NCBI GenBank assembly: GCA_016189025.1
Contig: JACPGS010000007.1
Span: forward strand, 1,162-65,161
Reading direction: 5' to 3'
DNA: 64,000 bases
Source of the DNA: Candidatus Magasanikiibacteriota bacterium
Lineage (GTDB): Bacteria > Patescibacteriota > Patescibacteriia > Magasanikbacterales > GWA2-37-8
Shown here: positions 54,990-63,846 of the stretch, piece after piece
Layout: the number at the start of each line of letters is the position of its first letter
Numbering within the stretch: the stretch's first letter is position 1
Translations under genes and position numbers: made by a program
Notes under the pieces: generated by a model
The model's input: only the letters and a program-made list of their open reading frames with translations
Told to the model about the DNA's origin: nothing
Databases searched by the model: none

Positions 54990-55964
54990 TTGATATTTAA
55001 TTCTATGTTAGACCCAACAGCAAAAAAGTATCTGCTTTACGGAATCGGATCGGGCGCTGCCGTGGTAGCGATCGCCGTGGTGTTTCTGCTCGGCGTAATC
55101 TACGGACCAGACTTGCGCGGACGTCTTACCAATAAAACAGCCGGCATCGCCAACGTTGCCGCGAGTCCTGGCATAACCGCGCCCCCGGCTGCTACGGAAG
55201 CCGAGGTGGCTCGCCTCGCCGAATCGGTAATCCCTTCGGCCGGTATTGAGCTGCCGGTGAGCTGGGGTGATTTGGGCAGGCAATTGGTGGCAAACGGAGT
55301 AATTGACCGCAATCAATTCCTGGCCCTTTACCAGGGCCGAGGCGGCCTACTGCCGGACGAGCAAAAATTATTGGACGGGAATAACAACGGCCGGCTGAAA
55401 ATCACCCCGGAAAACTCCGGCTTCCTGCTGAATTTGCTCTGGGCCCTGGGGCTAGGCAATAAAAATCCCATTCTGGATACCGGGCCGATGGTGGACAAAC
55501 GCTACGGCGGCGCCGGCAACTTTGCCTCTACCGGCGGCTGGTCGCTGGCTAAAGGCAAGGCGATGGATCATTACAGTAAACATGGATTCATTAAACTTAA
55601 CCCCACGCAACAAGCGCTGGTGGAGCGGGTCTCCCAAGGGATTTATCGACCCTGCTGCAATAATGCCACGTACTTCCCGGACTGCAACCACGGCATGGCG
55701 ATGCTGGGGCTGTTGGAATTGATGGCGGCGAAAGGGGTGAGCGAAGCCGAAATGTATAAAACGGCGCTGCAGGTGAATGCTTACTGGTTCCCCGATACTT
55801 ATCTGACGCTCGCTAAATACGAGGCCACCAACAACACGGCCTGGGAGCAGGTTGACCCAAAAAAATTGTTAAGCGCCGAGTATTCCAGCGCCGGCGGTTT
55901 CCGCGCCATTCAATCGCGGGTGCAGCCGGTGCAGCAGGGCGGCGGCGGCGGGTGCGGGGTGTAA
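54990..55964 (+). CDS. hypothetical membrane-anchored extracytoplasmic protein
   Basis: 324 aa with an N-terminal TM. Has YRPCCNNATYFPDCNHGM and a C-terminal GGGGGCGV. No family assignment. Confidence 0.35.
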   Translation: MIFNSMLDPTAKKYLLYGIGSGAAVVAIAVVFLLGVIYGPDLRGRLTNKTAGIANVAASPGITAPPAATEAEVARLAESVIPSAGIELPVSWGDLGRQLVANGVIDRNQFLALYQGRGGLLPDEQKLLDGNNNGRLKITPENSGFLLNLLWALGLGNKNPILDTGPMVDKRYGGAGNFASTGGWSLAKGKAMDHYSKHGFIKLNPTQQALVERVSQGIYRPCCNNATYFPDCNHGMAMLGLLELMAAKGVSEAEMYKTALQVNAYWFPDTYLTLAKYEATNNTAWEQVDPKKLLSAEYSSAGGFRAIQSRVQPVQQGGGGGCGV

Positions 55965-55977
55965 CCTAACGCTTATT

Positions 55978-56508
55978 ATGGAAAACGAATCACAAATTGA
56001 GTTAAGTAGAAAAGAGCGGAAAGAATTGCGCCGCGAACAACGCCTTGAAGAAAGGCAAAAAAATGCCGGGCAACGCGTTATAAGGCGTGCCGTAAAAATC
56101 GCCCTGATAGCGATTATAACAGCCGGCAGTATCGCGGCTTTTGGTTGGTATATCGCTACTCGCCCGCCTATTCCTAAAGAGGAAATACTTTCCCGCCGCG
56201 GTTTACACTGGCACCCGGCACTGGCAATTTTCGTCAAAGGAGAAAAACAGACAATACCCGCGAACCTTGGCATTGGCGCGGTGCATAATCCTATGCACAC
56301 TCACGATTCAAGCGGTGTGATTCATCTGGAGTTTCCCGGCGTTGTTCGCAAAGATAACCTGAAGCTCGGCCGCTTTTTTGAAGTGTGGGGCAAGGACCTG
56401 ATGGAGTTCGGCTCCGTGGTCAAAATGACAGTCAACGGCGAGGAAAATGCCGAGCTGCAAAGCTACCTGATGAAAGACGGCGATAAAATCGAATTACGAT
56501 ATGAATAG
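55978..56508 (+). CDS. hypothetical membrane-anchored protein
   Basis: 176 aa. A charged N-terminus is followed by TM IALIAIITAGSIAAFGWYIA. Confidence 0.35.
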   Translation: MENESQIELSRKERKELRREQRLEERQKNAGQRVIRRAVKIALIAIITAGSIAAFGWYIATRPPIPKEEILSRRGLHWHPALAIFVKGEKQTIPANLGIGAVHNPMHTHDSSGVIHLEFPGVVRKDNLKLGRFFEVWGKDLMEFGSVVKMTVNGEENAELQSYLMKDGDKIELRYE

Positions 56509-56571
56509 AAATCTATTCGCCCCGACTAAGTCGGAACGCGACGACCGCTAGCCAATTGATATATTTTAGCC
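56508..56571 (+). repeat. family-2 repeat, short copy
   Basis: GCCCCGACTAAGTCGGAACGCGACGACCGCTAGCCAATTGATATATTTTAGCC. Confidence 0.6.
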
Positions 56572-56582
56572 GATTTATCCTT

Positions 56583-57455
56583 ATGGACTTGATCTCTGGA
56601 ACTTCGCTAGTCGCCGCCTTTATTGCCGGCGTGGCGGCGCTGTTTGCGCCCTGCTGCATTACCGTGCTCTTGCCTTCTTACCTGGGTTCTATCTTCCGGG
56701 AGCGCCGTCGCGTGTTGGTGATGACCTTTATCTTCTTTTTGGGAGTGCTTTTGGTATTTTTGCCGCTGGGGCTGGGGTCGGCCGCTTTCGGACAATTGTT
56801 AACCAAATATCACAACACCATCTTTCTCGTCGGCGGCATCTTTCTGTTGGTGCTGGGGCTGACGCTGGTCTTCGGCATCCACTTCTCTTTACCGTGGCGC
56901 GTTAATCCCGCCCTCAAGAGCCATCACCCGGCCTCGGTTTTTGTGTTAGGAATATTCGCCGGCATTGCCACCACCTGCTGCGCGCCGGTGTTGGCCGGCG
57001 TGTTAGCGCTCGCCGCGCTGCCCGGCTCCCTGTTTTGGGGGGTGATGTACACCTTAAGCTATGTGCTGGGGATGGTAGCGCCGCTGTTCTTTTTGTCCGC
57101 GGTGCTGGATAAAACGCAGGCTACCAAAAAATTGATGGCGCTGAAGCGGCCGCTACAATATTCCCTGGGACCGGTTAAAGTAAACCTGACGCTGTCCGAA
57201 GCAATTTCGGGCCTGGTATTTATTGCCATGGGCATTCTCACCATCAGTCTGGCGTTTACCAATCAACTGACAATGCGCTCGGGTTTCCAGGTAAGCGTAA
57301 ACATCTATCTGACTAAGCTCCTGAATGCCCTCCAGGGTGTGGTCACTTTGCTGCCCGAGTACGGCTGGGCCCTGCTCTTTATCGGGCTGCTCGTTGCCTT
57401 ACTGATTAAAATAATTTTTATTCTTAAGAAAGAATCCTATGAGCAAAAACAATAA
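56583..57455 (+). CDS. CcdA/DsbD-family transmembrane thiol-disulfide (electron) transporter
   Basis: FAPCCITVLLPSYLG in TM1, a second Cys pair IATTCCAPVLAG, and 6+ TM segments. Confidence 0.55.
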   Translation: MDLISGTSLVAAFIAGVAALFAPCCITVLLPSYLGSIFRERRRVLVMTFIFFLGVLLVFLPLGLGSAAFGQLLTKYHNTIFLVGGIFLLVLGLTLVFGIHFSLPWRVNPALKSHHPASVFVLGIFAGIATTCCAPVLAGVLALAALPGSLFWGVMYTLSYVLGMVAPLFFLSAVLDKTQATKKLMALKRPLQYSLGPVKVNLTLSEAISGLVFIAMGILTISLAFTNQLTMRSGFQVSVNIYLTKLLNALQGVVTLLPEYGWALLFIGLLVALLIKIIFILKKESYEQKQ

Positions 57456-58125
57456 ACCAGGGGACCAGAAAACTAACGCCATTGTCTTGGGAATTATCGC
57501 CGGGATTACCGTGGTGATTGTAGCGGCGATCGGAATGTTTTCCCGCGGGGGAAACCCCGAAAGCAGCGCCAGGGAGGGGAGCAGCGCCCCGCCGGCCGCC
57601 GCCGATAGTATGGCCGATCATCATGGCGGCGGCGCCCCGCCCCCGCCGGCAGTTCCCCTGGACGCCCTGGTGGGGAAACCCCTGCCGGATTTTACCCTGG
57701 CGGACCGCGACGGCAAAATTTACAATAAAGAAACGCTCCGAGGGAAAACCGCCGTGTTGTTCTTTAACGAGGGGCTGATGTGCTACCCGGCCTGCTGGCA
57801 GCAGATTGCCGGGCTCGCTGCCGACCCCCGGCTGCAGCGCGCCGATGCGGTAATGTTGTCCGTGGTAATTGACCCGCCAGGGGAATGGCAGCGGGCGATA
57901 AATAAAATGCCGGAGTTGGGGAAAGCAAACGTGCTCTTTGATGCTAATTCCACTGTTTCCCGGCAGCTCGGCATGCTCACCGCCCCCTCTTCCATGCACT
58001 ACGGATCTTTCCCCGGCCATACCTACCTGGTGATTGATAAAGAAGGCGTGATAAAACATGTTTATGACGACCCCCGAATGGCGCTGCATAACGATCAACT
58101 GGTAGAGGAGCTGAAAAAGCTGTAA
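57439..58125 (+). CDS. membrane-anchored thioredoxin-fold redoxin (TlpA/SCO-like, C-x3-C)
   Basis: N-terminal TM. GKTAVLFFNEGLMCYPAC lies in a redoxin-like fold. Confidence 0.5.
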   Translation: MSKNNKPGDQKTNAIVLGIIAGITVVIVAAIGMFSRGGNPESSAREGSSAPPAAADSMADHHGGGAPPPPAVPLDALVGKPLPDFTLADRDGKIYNKETLRGKTAVLFFNEGLMCYPACWQQIAGLAADPRLQRADAVMLSVVIDPPGEWQRAINKMPELGKANVLFDANSTVSRQLGMLTAPSSMHYGSFPGHTYLVIDKEGVIKHVYDDPRMALHNDQLVEELKKL

Positions 58126-58134
58126 ACTATTCCC

Positions 58135-58896
58135 ATGATCCCCTATTTCTCGCTGACTGCCATTAACATCGGCCCGGTGCGCCTGCATCTCTGGGGGCTG
58201 ATGGTGGCGCTGGCCTTTGGCGCTGCCCTGGGTGTGGCAGCGCGGCGGGCCAAACGCGCCGGATTGAATACTGCAGTCTTGTTGGATTTAGCGGTCTGGA
58301 TTATAATCGCCGCCTTCCTGGGAGCGCGTTTGGCCCATGTATTTTTGTATAATTGGTCCTATTTTTCCCTCTCTCCCTGGGAGATCATTAAAATCTGGCA
58401 GGGTGGGCTATCATCGTTCGGCGGATTTATCGGCGCGGCAGCCGCAGCGGTAATTTACGCGCGCCGGAACCAGCTGAACTTTTGGCACTATGCTGATGCT
58501 ATTATGTACGGCTTCCCCTTGGGCTTAGGGGTAGGCCGGCTGGGATGCTTTATTACTCATATGCACCCGGGCAGATTGAGCAATTCCCTCCTGGCCGTGG
58601 CTTACCCGGGCGGAGCGCGGCTGGACCTGGGGCTACTGGAATCGCTGTTCGGTTTCCTGCTGTTCGGAGTTTATTTTTTCTGGCTGCGCCAAACGCCCCG
58701 AAAAATATTTCTGCCTCTGACTATGCTGATTTACGGCAGCGTCAGATTTATGCTGGACTTCAACCGCGCTACCGACATAATCGGCGCCGATGCCCGTTAC
58801 GCCGGTTTAACGCCGGCCCAGTACGGATCGCTGTTATTGGTGCTGGGATCCGTTTATTTACTGATTGCCCATCCCTGGGCTAAAGCATCAGACTGA
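58135..58896 (+). CDS. lgt: prolipoprotein diacylglyceryl transferase
   Basis: Lgt blocks LHLWGLMVALAFG, FLGARLAHV, GGLSSFGG and GVGRLGCF. Confidence 0.85.
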   Translation: MIPYFSLTAINIGPVRLHLWGLMVALAFGAALGVAARRAKRAGLNTAVLLDLAVWIIIAAFLGARLAHVFLYNWSYFSLSPWEIIKIWQGGLSSFGGFIGAAAAAVIYARRNQLNFWHYADAIMYGFPLGLGVGRLGCFITHMHPGRLSNSLLAVAYPGGARLDLGLLESLFGFLLFGVYFFWLRQTPRKIFLPLTMLIYGSVRFMLDFNRATDIIGADARYAGLTPAQYGSLLLVLGSVYLLIAHPWAKASD

Positions 58897-58909
58897 AAAT
58901 ACTAACCTT

Positions 58910-59293
58910 ATGCCTTACTGTTACCAAAAATCAGTCCCCTATCAGTACCAAGAAGCGCTCGCCAAAACTAAACAAGCCCTGGCAGCCGAAGGATTTGGCG
59001 TGCTGACGGAAATTGACGTCAAGGCTGCCCTGAAAGCCAAATTGAACGCTGACTTTGACAATTATGCCATTCTCGGCGCCTGCCACCCGGCGCTGGCTTA
59101 TCAGGCCTTAAATACCGAAAAAACTATCGGCGTGCTGATGCCGTGCAATGTTATTGTCTACGAAGATCAGGGCCAGGTACAGGTAGCGGCAATCCGGCCG
59201 ACCATCTCCCTGGAGCGAATCAATAATCCGGCGCTCTTGCCGCTTGCCCAAGCAGCCGAAGCAAAACTGAAACAAGCAATAGATAACATCTAA
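58910..59293 (+). CDS. DUF302-domain protein
   Basis: EGFGVLTEIDVKAALKAKL...YAILGACHP...VLMPCNVIVYE. Confidence 0.55.
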   Translation: MPYCYQKSVPYQYQEALAKTKQALAAEGFGVLTEIDVKAALKAKLNADFDNYAILGACHPALAYQALNTEKTIGVLMPCNVIVYEDQGQVQVAAIRPTISLERINNPALLPLAQAAEAKLKQAIDNI

Positions 59294-59320
59294 CCTGTTA
59301 ATCATTACTTAATAACCTGA

Positions 59321-59508
59321 GGCTGTAGAAAAATTAAAAAACCAGTTAGCATCAGGGCGCGGCAGACGAGTGTCTTTGGGCGCGCAGTCCCGACTTTAGT
59401 CGGGAGGAGCACCCAAAGAGTGTCTGCCGCGACCAACCAAGTGAGTTTTAGCAATAGCGACAGCGACCAGGCGGATAATGATAAAGTGAGTGTGCTTCTA
59501 CAGTTTCA
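59321..59508 (+). mobile_element. MITE-like repeat, family 1, copy I (forward)
   Basis: GGCTGTAGAAAAAT ... core with loop TCCCGACTTTAGTCGGGA ... TTAGCAATAGCGACAGCGACCAGGCGG ... GCTTCTACAGTTTC. Confidence 0.85.
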
Positions 59509-59523
59509 AACCTTGAATTTGAT

Positions 59524-60141
59524 ATGGATGGGGAAAGCGTAAAAAAACTCTATGCCCTGGGCAGCGCCCGCTGGTATGATTGGTTCAAGAAGATTTGGAA
59601 TAAACTGGTGGCAGCGGAAGCGGAAAAAGAGCTGGGGCAATTTCTCCAACAGAATGTTACCGCCGCCGCCAGCATCCTGGAGCTGGGCTGCGGCACGGCC
59701 TTGAATTTAGAAAAAATATCAGCCCTCGGCCTGACTTTTAAAAAATACCTGGGGCTGGATTTTTCGCCCGACATGCTGCGGGTTGCGCAACATAAATTTG
59801 CCGGCCGGCCTAATGTGGAATTCAGGCAGCAAGACATTACGCAGCTGGATGACATCGCCGAAAAATTTGACCTCATCATCTGTACCTGGGTATTGTCGCA
59901 TCTTCCGTCACCGTCCGTTTTGGTAAATCGCGCGGCGGACCGGCTGGCGCCCGGCGGCAGATTCTTCCTGATTTTCTTTGCAACGCCGCGCTGGTACGTG
60001 CGCTGGTGGCTGTCGCCTCTCGCTAGATATGTATTTAGGGCAAAATTTGTTTCCGCCGCGGAAGTAAGAAAAATTAACAAGATAAAAAATGTGCACCGCT
60101 ATTCAGCAGATCTGGCGACCGTAATGGAAATCGCTAACTAA
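59524..60141 (+). CDS. class I SAM-dependent methyltransferase
   Basis: ILELGCGTALN (motif I), LAPGGRF. Confidence 0.7.
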   Translation: MDGESVKKLYALGSARWYDWFKKIWNKLVAAEAEKELGQFLQQNVTAAASILELGCGTALNLEKISALGLTFKKYLGLDFSPDMLRVAQHKFAGRPNVEFRQQDITQLDDIAEKFDLIICTWVLSHLPSPSVLVNRAADRLAPGGRFFLIFFATPRWYVRWWLSPLARYVFRAKFVSAAEVRKINKIKNVHRYSADLATVMEIAN

Positions 60142-60193
60142 AGGTGAAAGGAGGTGGACAATAGACAGCGCCTGGAGCGCGGCGCGGGTGGTG

Positions 60194-60267
60194 TGCACGC
60201 CAAGGGAGTCGAACCCCTGACCTTCTCGGTGTAAACGAGACGCTCTAACCAGCTGAGCTAGGCGTGC
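60194..60267 (-). tRNA. tRNA-Val (anticodon TAC)
   Basis: Folded by hand from the minus strand: GCACGCC-TA-GCTC-AGCTGGTTA-GAGC-G-TCTCG-TTTACAC-CGAGA-AGGTC-AGGGG-TTCGACT-CCCTT-GGCGTGC-A (74 nt). All four stems pair. 3' CCA is not encoded. Confidence 0.8.
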
Positions 60268-60427
60268 GCTGGGTGATGGCGTATTTTAAGCTGTTTTCCC
60301 TACGGTTGTCAATGCTATTCCTTTAGACCCGTTGAAAAACTATTTTTGAGACACAGTTGTTATCCTTGCGAAACCTGTCTTCTGGATTCCCGCGTACGCG
60401 GGAATGACAGGTGAATTTTTCAACGTT

Positions 60428-61438
60428 CTATTCCTTCGGCATTGCTTTAACATCTTCGGCCATTGCCGGTTTCCCCTGCTTCGCCAGCCACTCCCACCAC
60501 TCGGCGCCCCATAAATACGCTCGCGGCACCCCCAAACGCCGAGCATAAACGATATTCTGCCGGAGCCGGTGCAAATTCATTGAGCGCGCCTGCTCGGTGA
60601 GCGGCGTAGCGGTAGTTACCCCGTGCGGAATCCAGGGCTCGGCCTGCAATTCGGTAATAAAAGTGCTGGCGCGGTCGCGCCCGGTTAAACGCAGCTTGGC
60701 GCGGTAAAACGCCGGCGGCAGCCAGTCGTAATTCCAATAACCGATAAGACGATTCCAGACTACGCGATACAGGGTGGTGCCAAAATAATCAGTAGCGCGG
60801 GCGGTGCGGCGCCAGGGGGAAAGTTCGCCGGAGTCCGAGGTAAGAATCGGGTGCGCCGGATCAAGGCGTTTAACCAGCGCCAGCTCGCCAGTAAAATCTT
60901 TCGGCAAAAAAGGCGGACAAATGCCAAAACCTAAAAACGGTTCGTTTTCTACCTGCCACATTTCCAGGGCCGGATGATTGCGATAACGCTTCACGATAAC
61001 TTCCACCGAGCGGTAGAGCGCAGCGATGCGCTCCTGGTGCGATAAATCCTTTGCCCACTCCGGCAGGTGGCACTCGGGCCAGCGGGGAGTTTTTTGCCCA
61101 ACCGCGAGCATAACTTTGGCGCCCGCGCGGGCAGCGCGATTCATCAAATCATCTAAATCCGTCCACTGATACTCGCCGCGGCGCGGCTCAATGCTGGCCC
61201 ACTGGGCCGAGAGGCGGAGACGGCGGAACCGGTATTCATCAAGAAGTTTCTGAAAAACAGTCGCCGGGTCTAGCCCCAACCACCGCGCCTGCTCGGCGCT
61301 GAAACTAACGCCGATCACCATATCCTGCCGCGGCGGGAACCGGTCAAACCATTGGTAATAGGCGTAAATACCGAACAGAACGATGACAACGATCGTACTA
61401 ACAACGAGCAGACGATTAGGCGAAGTCATAAAACTCAC
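60428..61438 (-). CDS. membrane-anchored TIM-barrel glycoside hydrolase (GH5/GH113-like, NEP catalytic motif)
   Basis: N-terminal TM. WQVENEP is a candidate acid/base motif. 336 aa. Confidence 0.4.
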   Translation of the reverse strand: MSFMTSPNRLLVVSTIVVIVLFGIYAYYQWFDRFPPRQDMVIGVSFSAEQARWLGLDPATVFQKLLDEYRFRRLRLSAQWASIEPRRGEYQWTDLDDLMNRAARAGAKVMLAVGQKTPRWPECHLPEWAKDLSHQERIAALYRSVEVIVKRYRNHPALEMWQVENEPFLGFGICPPFLPKDFTGELALVKRLDPAHPILTSDSGELSPWRRTARATDYFGTTLYRVVWNRLIGYWNYDWLPPAFYRAKLRLTGRDRASTFITELQAEPWIPHGVTTATPLTEQARSMNLHRLRQNIVYARRLGVPRAYLWGAEWWEWLAKQGKPAMAEDVKAMPKE

Positions 61439-62355
61439 CTCACCAACATTATAATCCCAGCCGCAATTAAGGCCACCGCCAGCACCTCTTGCCGCAATTC
61501 CCCGCGCGCGTACTGTTCGCGGAACAGGGTCGGGCGGAAACGAGAGATAACGGCCACTAAGATAATCAGCAGCGCTTCGCGCACGCCGCTTAAAGCGCCT
61601 ACCAACCCTACTGACCCAAGCGAAATTGCGTACTGCAGCAGTATCACTGCCCCGACCCCTAAACTCTGATTAACAATCATCAGCGCCAAGTGGCCGGGCT
61701 GGCTTTGACGCCCCGCGCGGGAAGCTGCCGGGCGGGAAAACCAGCCGCGAATTTCGGCGCGCACGGCCGGGTGAAACAACAGCAAAACGCCGAATAGCCC
61801 CATAATCCCACGGCTCCAGACAAAACCAGAGTAAAAACCGATAGCGCCATAAAGATAACGCGAAGCGACGTGAGAGGTGGCATACAGCGCGCCGGCGAGG
61901 ATAATCCACAGCATGCCGCGGTGCCAGCCGTTGTGGCGCCGGCTGCGTTCAGAGGCAATTAAAAGCGAACCGGCGACGAGCAATGCCACGGCCCAGTACT
62001 GCCAGGTGCTAAGTTCTTCGCCGAGGAATAACCGGCCAAACCACACCGCAAATACTGCCACTGATGCCCCAACCAACGGCCCGGCATGGCTCACTTCACT
62101 TTCCTGGTAGCCCCGATACATGGTCCACAGGGCAAAAGTAAAGGCCAGGGCAGAAATGGCTGCCGCCAGTCCTTCTCCCAGAGCAGCCGGAAAGCGCACG
62201 CCGAACGGAACTAGAACTAAAACCAGCAAAACCGGAAAAGTGGAAAACCAGGTAAACAAAGCCGGCGTCACCCGCCGCTTGGAAATTAAAAATTTATCCA
62301 GCACCGCCACGGCGGCGAGAATGGCATAACCAACCAGAGCAAATTGCAGCCACAT
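61435..62355 (-). CDS. EamA/DMT-family transporter
   Basis: 10 TM segments in two halves. The start overlaps the downstream gene by 4 nt. Confidence 0.5.
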   Translation of the reverse strand: MWLQFALVGYAILAAVAVLDKFLISKRRVTPALFTWFSTFPVLLVLVLVPFGVRFPAALGEGLAAAISALAFTFALWTMYRGYQESEVSHAGPLVGASVAVFAVWFGRLFLGEELSTWQYWAVALLVAGSLLIASERSRRHNGWHRGMLWIILAGALYATSHVASRYLYGAIGFYSGFVWSRGIMGLFGVLLLFHPAVRAEIRGWFSRPAASRAGRQSQPGHLALMIVNQSLGVGAVILLQYAISLGSVGLVGALSGVREALLIILVAVISRFRPTLFREQYARGELRQEVLAVALIAAGIIMLVR

Positions 62356-62535
62356 AATTTGTCATCCCCGCGCCAGCGGGTATCCAATTCCTACATTTTA
62401 CCATAAAAAAACAACGGCCGCTATGCCGTTATTAAAGGCGAGTCGGGCGGTCGAGCGTTTTCCTCCCGACCGCCCCTGTTGCTAGCACCCTAGTTGCTAA
62501 CCGCCGAAGCGGCAGGCAACATTGGCTATTATCTA

Positions 62536-63369
62536 CTACTTCTCTAGTCTCCGAAAGTGCGCCCGGAGCTTCTTAAGAGCGCGCTGTTCGACCTGCCGGA
62601 TGCGCTCACGGGTTACTTCTTGCTGGCTGCCGAGTGTCTTTAAAGTAGCCGGTTCCTCAACCAAGTGCCGCCGCCTCACAATCTCCCGCTCCCGCGGATT
62701 GAGTGCCCGCAAACCGATCTGTAGCTGCCGGGCGGCGAATGCGTTCTCCTCGGCCGCTAATAGCAACTCCTCCGGCGAAGCCGCCTCGGACGGCAACACA
62801 TCAGAGAGCGTCCGTTTTGTATCCACCGGAGTAGCGAGCGAGATTTCCGGATGCCCCATCCGCTCTGCCATCTCCTCTACCACGGAAAGCGGCATATCCA
62901 ACCACTCGGCGATTCCCCTGGCATCAGCCAAGAGCCCGTCTTTCTCCAGCTGCCGGCGCGCCCGCGAGATGTGAAAAAACAAGCGGCGCTGCTCGTGGGT
63001 GGTGCCTAGTTTCACCAGCCGGAAATTTCGGATGATGAAACGCAGAATGAAAGCGCGAATCCACCACGCCGCGTAAGTGGAGAGCTGTGTGCCGTGGTTC
63101 GGATCAAACTTTTCCACTGCCCGCAACAGGCCCAGGTTACCCTCGCTTACCAGGTCTTCCCAAGGAAAACCATAGCCCCGATACTGCCCCGCAATCTTGA
63201 TTACCAACCGAAGATTGCTGGTAACCAACCGATTGCGCGCCGGCTGGTTTCCGGCCCTGGCCTGCACGGCAAGCCTGCGCTCTTCTTCTGATGAATTAAG
63301 CAACGGATACTGACTGACCTCGCGAACATAAGCTCCCCACACGGAGGAGCTTTCCCTTGGCTGACGCAT
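62536..63369 (-). CDS. sigma-70 family RNA polymerase sigma factor, RpoH-like (heat-shock sigma-32-like)
   Basis: Region 2 (GNLGLLRAVEKFDP...LSTYAAWWIRAFI), an RpoH-box-like QRRLFFHISR, and region 4 (EREIVRRRHL...TLKTLGSQQEVTRERIRQVEQRALKKLR). Confidence 0.65.
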   Translation of the reverse strand: MRQPRESSSVWGAYVREVSQYPLLNSSEEERRLAVQARAGNQPARNRLVTSNLRLVIKIAGQYRGYGFPWEDLVSEGNLGLLRAVEKFDPNHGTQLSTYAAWWIRAFILRFIIRNFRLVKLGTTHEQRRLFFHISRARRQLEKDGLLADARGIAEWLDMPLSVVEEMAERMGHPEISLATPVDTKRTLSDVLPSEAASPEELLLAAEENAFAARQLQIGLRALNPREREIVRRRHLVEEPATLKTLGSQQEVTRERIRQVEQRALKKLRAHFRRLEK

Positions 63370-63846
63370 GGTTCCCCCCTTTTTCTAGGGTGTGTGAAAA
63401 GAGCGGCGCGGACTATTCCGCGTTTCTCTGTTCTAGTTGCCACTAATCCTAAGTGAAACTAGGCTAGTTGTCAAGCCGAGAACGGCTTACAGCCAGAGCT
63501 AACGCAATGAGTAAATTTTAGGCGATTACTCACTCCGTTAGAAATGACTGTCTATAAAGAACTTCGGAGGGAGGGCGGCCAGCTGCTGCTGGCCGCCCTC
63601 CCGGGACTCCCCCCGAGAGGTGGGGTGGAGGTGGAGAGCCGAATCCCGACGGAAGTCGGGAGGCTCTACTCGAAATGGCGCGACTTCAATTGCCCGGTTC
63701 GGTGGGCGGGGTGGACGGCCGGCGCGCGGGGCGCGAAGGCCGGGGCGTGCCGAGCCCGGTGCTGGGCGCCGGCGGGCAGACGTAGGGCGGCGGACGGGGG
63801 GTGGAGTTAGGCTGGGGCGTGGGTTCGGGCATGGCTCCCTCCTCGC

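Noticed and set aside
4031-59508. Possibility that the repeated ~185-bp elements form a CRISPR array
   Set aside because: Copies are dispersed kilobases apart, in both orientations and between genes. They are not interleaved with short unique spacers. No cas genes were seen.
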